NCBI GenBank assembly: GCA_048013815.1
Contig: CM106586.1
Span: 9,610,001-9,674,000 of the forward strand
Length of the DNA stretch: 64,000 nt
Reading direction: 5' to 3'
Origin: Setoptus koraiensis
Taxonomy: Eukaryota > Animalia > Arthropoda
The position numbers and the translations under genes were made by a program. The notes beneath the pieces are model-generated. The model had not been told where the DNA came from, searched no databases, and saw nothing but the letters and a program-made list of their open reading frames with translations. The stretch's first letter is position 1, and every line of letters begins with the position of its first letter. This document shows, one piece after another, positions 35,328 through 45,300 of this stretch.

Positions 35328-38300
35328 TTAAGCCGATGACTTCTTTTGAGCAACTGTTGCGTTAACTGTTTTCACGCTTAGTCTTTGTCCGTATCGTCTA
35401 TCTAGCTTGTTATTTGATGAAGACGATGAATTGGACCTAGATGAAGTTTGTTCCTGGTTACTTTGGCCGGATGACGATTCAACAAAACCTGCGCTGTTTT
35501 GCTCGTTTGCTTTTGACAATAATTTAGGTGAGCTAGAATCATTTAGATCAGCCGTGGCGGCTAGACCTTTGGCGGTAAGATAATGTACATCAGTTGGTGT
35601 GTAGCTAACTGAACCTTGATTATTTCCGGCTGAGTAAACTGATTCGGCACCACCATTGGTAACGAAACTACCACCGCTGTAGATATGTTCAGATTGAGAG
35701 ATCTGTTGTTGTGATCGATCGTTTGAGTTGACGGATAATAACCTCGTAGGAGTATATCTGTGAACAGCTGATTGTCTTTGTTGTTGGTCAGTGTTAGTTG
35801 CGGTTCCAGGTGTTGTTGCGGATGTTCGTGTAGAATCGAAGACGACACTGAGAGGTCGTGTGTCGTCACTTTTTGTAGAGATCACCGTTTGTTGCTGGTC
35901 CTCAGCTTGATTGGCAAGTCTACGAGATTTAGCCCCACCAAAATCGTTATCTTCCTCTGGCCTCTGTTTATCTGTTGCGGAACCTTTGTTGCTCTCAAAT
36001 TGTGTCGTCGATGAAGAACTTTCATTGTTCGGCCCCTCCGACTGTTTGGCATCCGTTTTGGTGGCACCTCCATTTAATTGTTGTTGTTGTTGTTGTTGCT
36101 GGTGAATTACGCCGTTGTCCAATTTAGCCTGTGCTCCGTCTTGATTGTTGACAGGAAGTTGCGCTATTGGCTCAGCAGGTGGTGTCAGGGACAAAAGCTG
36201 TTGCTGATCTTGGCCAACGACATTTGAGTTTGCCGAGAATCTAGCCGAGTTCTGTTGCTGCTGTTGTACATTGCTGGCTGACACTTGGTTTGGTTGCTGT
36301 TGACCAGATCTGTTTTCAATCTGATCTCCAACTGTGTTGCTATTAGGGGTCGAAGAGGATGAGACAACACCCTCGTCGGATAATATAGCACCAACTTGTG
36401 GATTAGAAGCTATAGTTGGATTCAATGAGACTGAGGGCTCGGTTGACTGGACAGTAGTTATGTGATCTGGCTTATGATAGCTTGATTGCTGATGATGGAT
36501 CACATTTGTATTAGAGGACCATGTTGATGGGATTGAAGTTACATAATATAAAGGTTGTGATGCCGGCAACGACGGTGGCACAACAATCATCTGTGGTAGA
36601 GGCTGAATAGTTGACACTGTTGTGTTGGATTGTGATTCAGAATGATGAAACATTTCGGGTCTCAATGATGCACTATATTCCTGTTGTTTGTTTTCGTATG
36701 GTGCAGTCTTGGCTTCCTCTTGATATTGCTGTTGCACTTGAGGTTGGTCTTGATGGTGTCGCTGATCATCACTGTTGTCATTGGAATTGCCTGCAAGAAA
36801 CGAATTTAGAGCATCCCAGCCCTTTGATTGTTTTTGCTGCTGTCCAGATGAAGCAAATGAAACTTGTCGGTTGCTTGAGGACTGTGATTGCTGTGAATCA
36901 GAGTCAGAGTCTCCGTGCTGTTGCTCTCGATTGTTTTCTTGGCGAATGTTTGCGTCAAATTCAGATTTTCTCGTTTGATCTTGTTCATTTGTCACTTCTT
37001 GCTGCTGATTGTTTGCATCTTGGCCTTGTTGTTCCGAAGATTGCCTGCTAAACGAAGGCTGCTCTCCGGTGTTTGGTAACTTTGTTCTTTGATGCGATTG
37101 ATCTGAAATACCGAAATGATCCTCAGATTGACCACTCAACGATTCGATTTGCTGCGATTGATTTGAACTGCAATCAACATTATACCACCAATCACAAGTC
37201 AAAGTCTTTTGATTAAACTGGGTCTGATTTCCGCATTTAAATTGTTGCTGGCCAGTGGGTCCACATTGGTAGTAAACTTTACATTTTTGGCTCTCATCAG
37301 CATATAGACCAGGCGAACGATTGGCACAGAAGAATGGAGATGGAGGCGCTTGTACCTGAGAGTCCATGGCCTCAACGAATTGCTGACGCTGTTGTTGTGT
37401 TGCTCTCTGGATGTCTCTATTGAGGCCGTGATTTATTGAGCCGGGTCTATTTATGTCCAGTTGTTGCTGTTGGTTAGCGGTTTGATCATCGTCGTCATCA
37501 TTGCCTTGAGCGCTTTTATTTTCGTTATTATTTCTAGTGTTTGTGTTAAATTGATTGAAATTGGGTTCGGAATTTTGTTGGCTCACTTGACCGTCATTAT
37601 GAAATGAGTCTGACTCTTGTTGTTGAGCTTGGACATCGGAAGTCGCTTGCTTCAGAGGTTGCTGCTGATCGTTCGATTGCTGTCCATTTATATCCTCAAC
37701 GCTATGACCAGCAGGTTCTGTTATTGGTGTAGATTGTTCAAAAGCCTGCTGTTGTTGCTGAAACTGCTGCAAGTTGTTAGCTAATTGGGGACCTGTTGAG
37801 GGTCTGGGTGATGCACCATTCCAAAGGTCTGCTAGGTTCGCCACTGGTGGGCCAATCGTTGCATCGTAACCATTAGATACTGTTTCAGGTAATTGTTGTA
37901 TGGTTGTTGGCAACGATTGAGCAGTAGTAGTTGTGCTAGTTGTTGTAGTTGGAATTGTGGTTGAGGGAACCGCAGCGTGCTTCTGTTGTTGAACATCCAA
38001 TTCGTTATGATGTATAGCAAACAAAAATTGTTGTTGCTGTGGAACATTTTGGTGACTACTTGTTGCAGACTCTTGTTGTGCCACTGGATGCCTCACAAAG
38101 TTTGCTTGTTGTTGTTGATGCTTCGGAGACTGCAAATATAAATGGTTTGCTGTCAAGAAGGGCACTGTTGGTTGCTTCCATTCAACAAGAGTCTGAGGCA
38201 ACATTTGCTGATGGTATTCATTGCTCAAAATAGTTTTCATAAATGACTGCTGTTGGTCAAAAGTGTGTTGTGCTTGCTGATCATTTAATCTGTTGTAATT

Positions 38301-41300
38301 GTATGGTCCTATTGAATCACGTGGCGCTTGTTGCTGCTGTCTGCTATGGTAAATTGTAGACAATAAAGATGGCGAAAATGCCGGATATTGTCTCAATGAA
38401 TTATCTTGGCTAGTTCGAAAATGGTTGATATGTTGATTGGGTTTTCCATGCTGACCCCCATTGAATATGCTTTCCACCTGATTAGCCTGATTTTGGCTTA
38501 TGAAACCGTTTTGATCGGGTTTTTGATGGTGATGAATAGTGTACGGTATAGTGTAGACCTCGGTTTCCAACAATGGTTGCTGTTTGGTATCTTTGATTTG
38601 TTGCTCATTAACGACAGTGTATTGTTGTTGAATATTGGTATCGATCGCGTCATTTTGTGCAGTGTTTCCAGCTTCCGGTAGAATCGAATTGGATGCAGCG
38701 GTTGTAGGTATGATAGCCTGCTGTTGTTCGTAGTCCGGACTATTTGGCAAATGCAATTGCTGCTGTTGCTGTTGCTGTCTCAATAACTTATACTCCTCTG
38801 CTTTCTTGCCACCAGTCAATGGAGATGGGTGTCTCACTTTACCATTGCCACCTTTAGTTCCGTCACCTTGATGATCATTCGAGAGTGGTCTGTTTATCTG
38901 ATTAGCTCCGTCGTTTCCGGCCTGATCTTGATCGTTAAGTTGCTGCTGTTGATTCGTAAACAATGGCTCATTGAATACCTTCCCTTTGACTGGACCACTC
39001 AAAGAGTCGTCTGTTTGTTGTCGCAATTTATTCTGTTGCTGCTCAACGCCTATGGTGGCCTCAACTTGTTTCACGAAAGTAAAGTTATTGTGTGATTGTG
39101 GGACATTTTCATTTTGGTCATTTTGATAATTTTGACCATCTTCCTCTTTTTGGTTCTCCTCCTGACTAATAGGCTGCGAATCCTGCAAATGATAAGTAAC
39201 ATGCTCGGGTTCGTTGATCAATGCTGCTTGCTTTGTATCATTTGCTGAATTGACGTCGCCAATAGTATTGCTTTGGGTGAGATATCCATCTTTTTCAAAG
39301 CCATTTTGTGAGCTAGTCTGGGCTTGTTCGTAGTTGCCGGCAGTGGATCCATTGATCAATTTGGGTGGATCAATCTGGTAGAGTCCCGATTTAAACTTTG
39401 ACGACTGCTGATCGTTCCCGGCTGCATTGTGGTTGATTACGATAGTCGAATAGTAGCCATTTGCGTCAGTAAGCTGCTGTTGTTGCTGCTGTTGATGGGG
39501 TTGTTTTTGTTGTTGGGTATGATGTAACAAAGGAACCGTGTACTGAGTGAAAAAGGTTGTCTGCTGTGGTTGGCCCATATGATTCATTGGGACCGCATAT
39601 CGTGAATTGCCCGTCTGTTCCATCTGACTATTAATGGTCGATGCTTGTTGTTGTTGTTGGTGGTGGTGCTGGTGTTGCTGCTGCTGTTGCTGTTGTTGGA
39701 TAAAAGCATTGATGCTATTGTCGGAGAGATCGGGCTGGTTGTCAGATTCGGCTTGAGTGCCGAAATCAATTAATGTACCAGTCGAGGCGTCATAGAAGGC
39801 GGGCGCACCATTAGCCATAGTTATATGCTGCGTTGGCTGCTGCTGATAATGACCGTGAAACATTTTTTGATTGTTGACAACATTATTGGGCTTGTTATTG
39901 TCAGCATCTGTCAAATAGTTTGGCACCTTGGGTTGATTGTGAACCACGAAGCTGTTATGCTGCTTCTCATTATGCGGCTGTTGGTCGTTGTTGTTTGCTT
40001 CGAGACGATAAGAAGAATCTACAAACTTGTGCTGTTGTTGTTGATGATGGTGATGGTGCGGTGAAGCCAATGGTTGTCTTTGTTGTCGTTGCGCTTGATT
40101 ATTATATTGACGATGCATGTTAACTAATGCTTCATTATTACCTTTTGGTTTGAGCATTTGTTGATGCTGAAATTGGTGGTGATGTGCCGAACCTTCAGCT
40201 CTAAGTTGTTGCTGGTAGAGCATGTGAACTGGGTTAGTGAGCTCAACAAAGGCTGCAGGGTTAGTTTCACGCATCATTTGGTGATGATGCTGATGATGTC
40301 GGTGATGGTCCAATTGATTGATTCTATCTGAGTTGTCGTTGTTGTTATTCTTGTTGTTAGTATACAATTTTTGGTCTTGTTGGTGATACAATTGTGGCTG
40401 AAGGTGCTGTTGTTGAGCTTGATGTGGCAGCTTGTTACCTTGTTGCTTAGTAGGAATGTTGCCATTATTATTCAAGTCAAGCATAAAATCCATATTCGAA
40501 GATTCATGCTGTGGTGGGTAAAATACGTGAGATAAGGCAGGTTGCTGTTGATAATTGTAAAAATGATTGTAATTGTTTGTGCTAGCTGTCAATAGTGTTT
40601 TGTCAGCACCCTTCTGGTCAACTATTGAATGTTGTGCTCGAGTTGGATAGTTTACGTTCAGCTGCGACATCGGAAACAAACGGTCAGCCGTTACATGTGG
40701 CCCTTTGTATGGGCCCAAGATGAATTTTTCTATCTTGGCGTCATCTAGGCCGGCCGCAATAGCGTTCATTCTGGCCACATTGGAAGCGGTGGCTGAAGTT
40801 TCCATGTTCTCATGGTGGTGCTGATGCTGCACTGGTGCCGGTATGGCGCTAACAGCGTCACCTGGATCTACTGAAACAATTTCCTTGTGAAAAACATTCA
40901 TATCTATTTGTTTGGCAGTGGCTTCCGATAGTGCTGGCTTACTTTTGTCTTGACCAACATCACCAGAAACGGGGGTTGACACTTCAGCTGGTGACTTGAT
41001 AGATGGTGTTGTCGCGTTTGGGATATTGTTTGCTGATTGTTCTATTTTGACATCCTTATTTACATTGCTATTCATAAGTTGCTGTTGACTGGTGGCAACA
41101 GACACCAACTCTGTCACATTGACACTCCTTGTTGGTTGCACTAATTGCTTAGCTTGCTTTGCTGGATTCGCGATTCGATGACCAGCTGACAAAATTGAAA
41201 TGTTTCTGTTAAGATTCTCCTCAGCAATACTGTTTTCTATGGCAGTCTTGAGGATTGTACCATTGATGAAAAGATCCGGAAATAGTTGTTTGTGTTGATA

Positions 41301-42341
41301 ATTGTTGGTTACATTTAATTCGAGCTTGCGCAATTCCTCATCAACAAGCATGCCAATATCTTCTATTGTCTTTGAGTCATCTTTTGAGTTGCCATTCCCT
41401 AATAATTGCTGTTTGCCGTTACCACCAATGGAGGGCTGCTGCTGTTGAATGACTTTTGGGTGATTATTGACAGATTGTAACTGCGATTGTTGTTGTAGTC
41501 GATTGCCATCTTGGTTGTTTAAGCTCGACAGAAACATTTGCGGTTGTTTCTGCTGTTGTGTTTGTGGGGAGCGAATTGTGTTGAGCTGTTGCGCAACCGG
41601 AACACTATTCATAGCAATCAAATGGTGAGGCACAGAATGAGCTTTGTTGGCATTGCTGTTAGAGGAACCATCGGGCCCATATGGGTAACGCGAGCCAACC
41701 GGCTTGATTGACAACTGTTGTTGTTGCTGCAACAATGCTGCCAGATCAACGTAATCGTCCATATCAATTCCTTGCTGACCATGAGGTAACTTTCTTATTT
41801 GGCCATCAGTATTGGCGGCTAGCGGTGAAAATGGTTGCGGTGACTTTCCGCCGAGACCGAGACTCTTCATTTTCTTGTGATAATGCAGTAACAATGGTAA
41901 GTTATACACAGGTAGCTGCAAAGGAGTGCCTGATGTCGAACCTGTAGAGGTTTGAGTGGGTGAGTTAGAGCTCGCCGTCAGTCTGCCAAAGAGAGATTTT
42001 GGCAAAGAATTGAATAGGAGCGCATGGTGACGGGAAGGTAACAATGATTGAAATGGCTTCGCAATAAAACGTCCACTTCCAGCTTGTTGAGTCAACGGAG
42101 TCTGAAAAAGTTGACTTGCATGAGCCTGCTGCTGATTCACCCCGACCACAGCCGCCGATGATGTAGATGGAGCCAATTGAGATTGTTGTTGTTGATTCTT
42201 AATCGATGATGACGGTGAGCCGACGCCAAAAGCGGCCGATAATAGATTCGGTATCTTCAAACTATCTGTGGTTTTCATGGTTGACATCAAGCCAACCAGG
42301 CATAATGAAATTGTCCATAGTTGCCAACCTGTTACAATCAT
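35328..42341 (-). CDS. Giant intronless secreted Q/N/H-rich protein (2337 aa) with one peritrophin-A (CBM14) chitin-binding domain
   Basis: 7014-nt uninterrupted ORF with signal peptide MIVTGWQLWTISLCLVGLMST. Six-Cys domain CANRSPGLYADESQKCKVYYQC...FKCGNQTQFNQKTLTCDWWYNVDC at 37170-37328. Confidence 0.92.
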   Translation of the reverse strand: MIVTGWQLWTISLCLVGLMSTMKTTDSLKIPNLLSAAFGVGSPSSSIKNQQQQSQLAPSTSSAAVVGVNQQQAHASQLFQTPLTQQAGSGRFIAKPFQSLLPSRHHALLFNSLPKSLFGRLTASSNSPTQTSTGSTSGTPLQLPVYNLPLLLHYHKKMKSLGLGGKSPQPFSPLAANTDGQIRKLPHGQQGIDMDDYVDLAALLQQQQQLSIKPVGSRYPYGPDGSSNSNANKAHSVPHHLIAMNSVPVAQQLNTIRSPQTQQQKQPQMFLSSLNNQDGNRLQQQSQLQSVNNHPKVIQQQQPSIGGNGKQQLLGNGNSKDDSKTIEDIGMLVDEELRKLELNVTNNYQHKQLFPDLFINGTILKTAIENSIAEENLNRNISILSAGHRIANPAKQAKQLVQPTRSVNVTELVSVATSQQQLMNSNVNKDVKIEQSANNIPNATTPSIKSPAEVSTPVSGDVGQDKSKPALSEATAKQIDMNVFHKEIVSVDPGDAVSAIPAPVQHQHHHENMETSATASNVARMNAIAAGLDDAKIEKFILGPYKGPHVTADRLFPMSQLNVNYPTRAQHSIVDQKGADKTLLTASTNNYNHFYNYQQQPALSHVFYPPQHESSNMDFMLDLNNNGNIPTKQQGNKLPHQAQQQHLQPQLYHQQDQKLYTNNKNNNNDNSDRINQLDHHRHHQHHHQMMRETNPAAFVELTNPVHMLYQQQLRAEGSAHHHQFQHQQMLKPKGNNEALVNMHRQYNNQAQRQQRQPLASPHHHHHQQQQHKFVDSSYRLEANNNDQQPHNEKQHNSFVVHNQPKVPNYLTDADNNKPNNVVNNQKMFHGHYQQQPTQHITMANGAPAFYDASTGTLIDFGTQAESDNQPDLSDNSINAFIQQQQQQQQHQHHHQQQQQASTINSQMEQTGNSRYAVPMNHMGQPQQTTFFTQYTVPLLHHTQQQKQPHQQQQQQQLTDANGYYSTIVINHNAAGNDQQSSKFKSGLYQIDPPKLINGSTAGNYEQAQTSSQNGFEKDGYLTQSNTIGDVNSANDTKQAALINEPEHVTYHLQDSQPISQEENQKEEDGQNYQNDQNENVPQSHNNFTFVKQVEATIGVEQQQNKLRQQTDDSLSGPVKGKVFNEPLFTNQQQQLNDQDQAGNDGANQINRPLSNDHQGDGTKGGNGKVRHPSPLTGGKKAEEYKLLRQQQQQQQLHLPNSPDYEQQQAIIPTTAASNSILPEAGNTAQNDAIDTNIQQQYTVVNEQQIKDTKQQPLLETEVYTIPYTIHHHQKPDQNGFISQNQANQVESIFNGGQHGKPNQHINHFRTSQDNSLRQYPAFSPSLLSTIYHSRQQQQAPRDSIGPYNYNRLNDQQAQHTFDQQQSFMKTILSNEYHQQMLPQTLVEWKQPTVPFLTANHLYLQSPKHQQQQANFVRHPVAQQESATSSHQNVPQQQQFLFAIHHNELDVQQQKHAAVPSTTIPTTTTSTTTTAQSLPTTIQQLPETVSNGYDATIGPPVANLADLWNGASPRPSTGPQLANNLQQFQQQQQAFEQSTPITEPAGHSVEDINGQQSNDQQQPLKQATSDVQAQQQESDSFHNDGQVSQQNSEPNFNQFNTNTRNNNENKSAQGNDDDDDQTANQQQQLDINRPGSINHGLNRDIQRATQQQRQQFVEAMDSQVQAPPSPFFCANRSPGLYADESQKCKVYYQCGPTGQQQFKCGNQTQFNQKTLTCDWWYNVDCSSNQSQQIESLSGQSEDHFGISDQSHQRTKLPNTGEQPSFSRQSSEQQGQDANNQQQEVTNEQDQTRKSEFDANIRQENNREQQHGDSDSDSQQSQSSSNRQVSFASSGQQQKQSKGWDALNSFLAGNSNDNSDDQRHHQDQPQVQQQYQEEAKTAPYENKQQEYSASLRPEMFHHSESQSNTTVSTIQPLPQMIVVPPSLPASQPLYYVTSIPSTWSSNTNVIHHQQSSYHKPDHITTVQSTEPSVSLNPTIASNPQVGAILSDEGVVSSSSTPNSNTVGDQIENRSGQQQPNQVSASNVQQQQQNSARFSANSNVVGQDQQQLLSLTPPAEPIAQLPVNNQDGAQAKLDNGVIHQQQQQQQQLNGGATKTDAKQSEGPNNESSSSTTQFESNKGSATDKQRPEEDNDFGGAKSRRLANQAEDQQQTVISTKSDDTRPLSVVFDSTRTSATTPGTATNTDQQQRQSAVHRYTPTRLLSVNSNDRSQQQISQSEHIYSGGSFVTNGGAESVYSAGNNQGSVSYTPTDVHYLTAKGLAATADLNDSSSPKLLSKANEQNSAGFVESSSGQSNQEQTSSRSNSSSSSNNKLDRRYGQRLSVKTVNATVAQKKSSA

Positions 42342-45300
42342 ATAGTTTAGTGTTTAGACAAAATCGATGAAAAAAGTTGAATATATATTGTTGAAGAAAT
42401 AAATGGTTGGGACGCTTATCACATTATTTGATAATGAAGTTCCCATCATTGTAAATATAGCTTGTAATCATCTTTGTACTTTTCTCTCAAAATGCTAAAT
42501 CAATTCAAGTTCCGAGGCGAATACTTGATCGCCTTATCACTAAATAAAATTCTATAAATGCACACAGCTCAAGAAAAGTAGATCAGATTAAACATTAACA
42601 CAAGCCCCGGCAATGCTGAATGTCATTTCACTCGTAATCCAGAGGTCATAAACAAACTATCATTGGGTACATGATAGTATATTGCTTGGATATTGATTTA
42701 ATCTGGACATGTTATTGTAATGTCTCTGCAAAAAAACTGTATCGTTCTCCATGTTCGCCATCGGAATCGGCACAACATAATCGACTTATCGGGGCTTATT
42801 GGTGATTACATAAGTACCGCATCAGTTCACCATAAGAACTCGTCTTTTGTTTAAGTGCTACAGATGTCTAAATTGGTCACGATGGGCGAACTTAAGAAGA
42901 TGAGCCAAATATGTATAGTATCAATACTATAGTTCTCGGTCAATTCCATCTTTCTATCTCAACCTTTATCTTAGTAAAGGTTATTCTTAGCAAGCGTGTG
43001 TTGAGATATCGCTTTCTAACAGACATGTCGTTGACGTCCTACGTCATTCATGACACTGGAATGATGTGGCTAAGGCCATAACGGTATTGCATCAGAATAT
43101 ATTTTTTAACAAATTAATTACTTATATGCACTAATAACTTCATCACTGATTAAAACTATACATAGTAAGTATTTTTTTAATCAAACAAATGTTTTGGGGC
43201 ACTATTAATCAAGTATCCGCCATGACCACAACAAAAAGGTAAATTGTGTAGTTTGTGATCATTATAATATGTAGTGTGGCATCCACACCGAATAACGGCA
43301 CCTACGATAATAATGACTTTACCACACCATCATCGAAGACACCGCCTGGACTGACCACATGCCGACTATAGGCTCAATGTAGTCAAATTAAGGGCTTGCA
43401 AACTACAGTTAAGCGCCCAACTGTGGTTCATACACTTTTCAATATTTTCTCTATTTTACTAATGACTGTCTATTTTGTTGGTGGCATTGCAGTGAAATCC
43501 TCTCACTCTATTTGATCAAATTTGGAAAAAGTGTGACTAGTGGTATAATATCTTCTTATGCTCTCGTGCCATGGATGAGTCGTTTGATTATTTAAGCACG
43601 ACATGAAGCGGATTAGCATTATGGCATGTTAGTGTTTTTGTGAAATGTACTCTCTGCATTTGGCCGGTGGCTTAAGGAGAGAGCTAGAGAGTGAGTGAGA
43701 CTAGAACTGGAAATAAAAATAGAAGAACTGGTGTACTACTGGTCTACTTGCATGCGCCAACCAGCATAACAAGTAGACTCATACATCGGAAGTCAATGGC
43801 CGTGCCCAAGGCTAGATCAGGGATTCGGTGTTTCTCACTTGTTGATTGGCCGACTGTTGCCTGAGTGTTGTGTCTACTATGAATGCAAATTGAGATAATT
43901 AACAGTAGTAGTGGTACTACTGCTAGCAACGGTAGTGTTAACTTTTTGGTGTTTGTGGAGGTAATATGGATGGCAGTGATGTTTGTAATGGTGGCAGGCT
44001 AGTAGTTGTGGTGGCAGACGATGTTGATGTTGGTCAGTATTAACGGTTACTGTCCTCGATAGAAGTTAGCACCCTACCTAATCGCAAACTCATCGACATT
44101 ATCTTGGTTGGCCATTTCGTTGGTGTTGATCATCAGTAGTAGAGTGTTGATTGTATGCTGTGTGTTGGCCAAATCGGATGCTTAAGTTTTGTTGAAGAAT
44201 AAGAAGCAAGCGTCCATTTTGATTCGTTTATTTGAGACGATAGATAGACTCTCAACAATGAATGTAACAAAAGCAACAACAACAATTGAAGTTTGTACTT
44301 TGAAGATGGCCAAAGTTATGGCCAAAAAACAAACAACTTTCTCGATGACTACAACAACTATAGAAATGGCTAGACTAATAAGATGCAGAGTGAGCAATAG
44401 AAAGGAGAAGTATGTTTCTTTCTCCGGCTACTTTCACAAATGAATATAATTTTGTTGTTGTTAGAAGCTGCTCAAAGATCAGTCATTCCTTTTTCCTTTT
44501 CTTTGTCAGCGTCCAATACAGCAAACACTCGCAGCGCACACATACACTCTCAACCGATATGTTTTGTCCGATTCAGTGAGGTTCTCCATATTATTAATAA
44601 GTTACGGGGGAATTGTGTCCAATCAATCACTTTCATCTCATCTCCGTTATCTAACATGGCTACATCGGCGAGTGTGTGTGTTGGTAAAGTTGTTTGGATG
44701 TGAAAATGAATAAAGAGTTATATCCGTATATCGTTGAGACGGTTGCTAGACTAATAATAAGCTTCACGTTCCTGGCTGATATTTATTTTAAATTAGTCAC
44801 CATTCATCGTTGATTGCGATAATAGATTAAAATAAAATGTTGGCGATATGATGCAATTCGCAGGCGACAATGTTGGCCCAATTGATTGGAGTGATTAAAA
44901 CGGTCACAATGGAAACAAAAGTGAGCTAACGTTCGGTCACGAATCAATGTTGGGCATAACACTTTGTGCACAGTGTATCGTCACCGGAAGACACACGCAC
45001 AAACACATAACTCTGCTGGGAGAGATTTGGCGCGCTAAATGTCTGTGCCGTAGCACATATTACATAAATATTTGTGTGAATATGCGCAGTGTGCTCTAAC
45101 CGCAAGTGACACAATATTTACATTTGGCAGTCCCAATTTAGCACACAGATTTTGCACAATTTGTACCAGTCTGAGCGCATGGCTCTGGGCAACTTGCATG
45201 TTCTGCGAGCACCGAACTGATCGGCAACACCGATAAGAGCAACGGTCATTTTCATTTATAGTATTAGCGGTAATCTTTTCGATTGAGATTTTTCTTCCAT

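Noticed and set aside
43744-44397. Hydrophobic minus-strand ORFs (43744-43929, 44182-44397) resembling signal peptides or TM segments
   Set aside because: No ATG in frame, and the hydrophobic codons arise from CAA/TAG-type simple repeats on the opposite strand. No splice model could be built.
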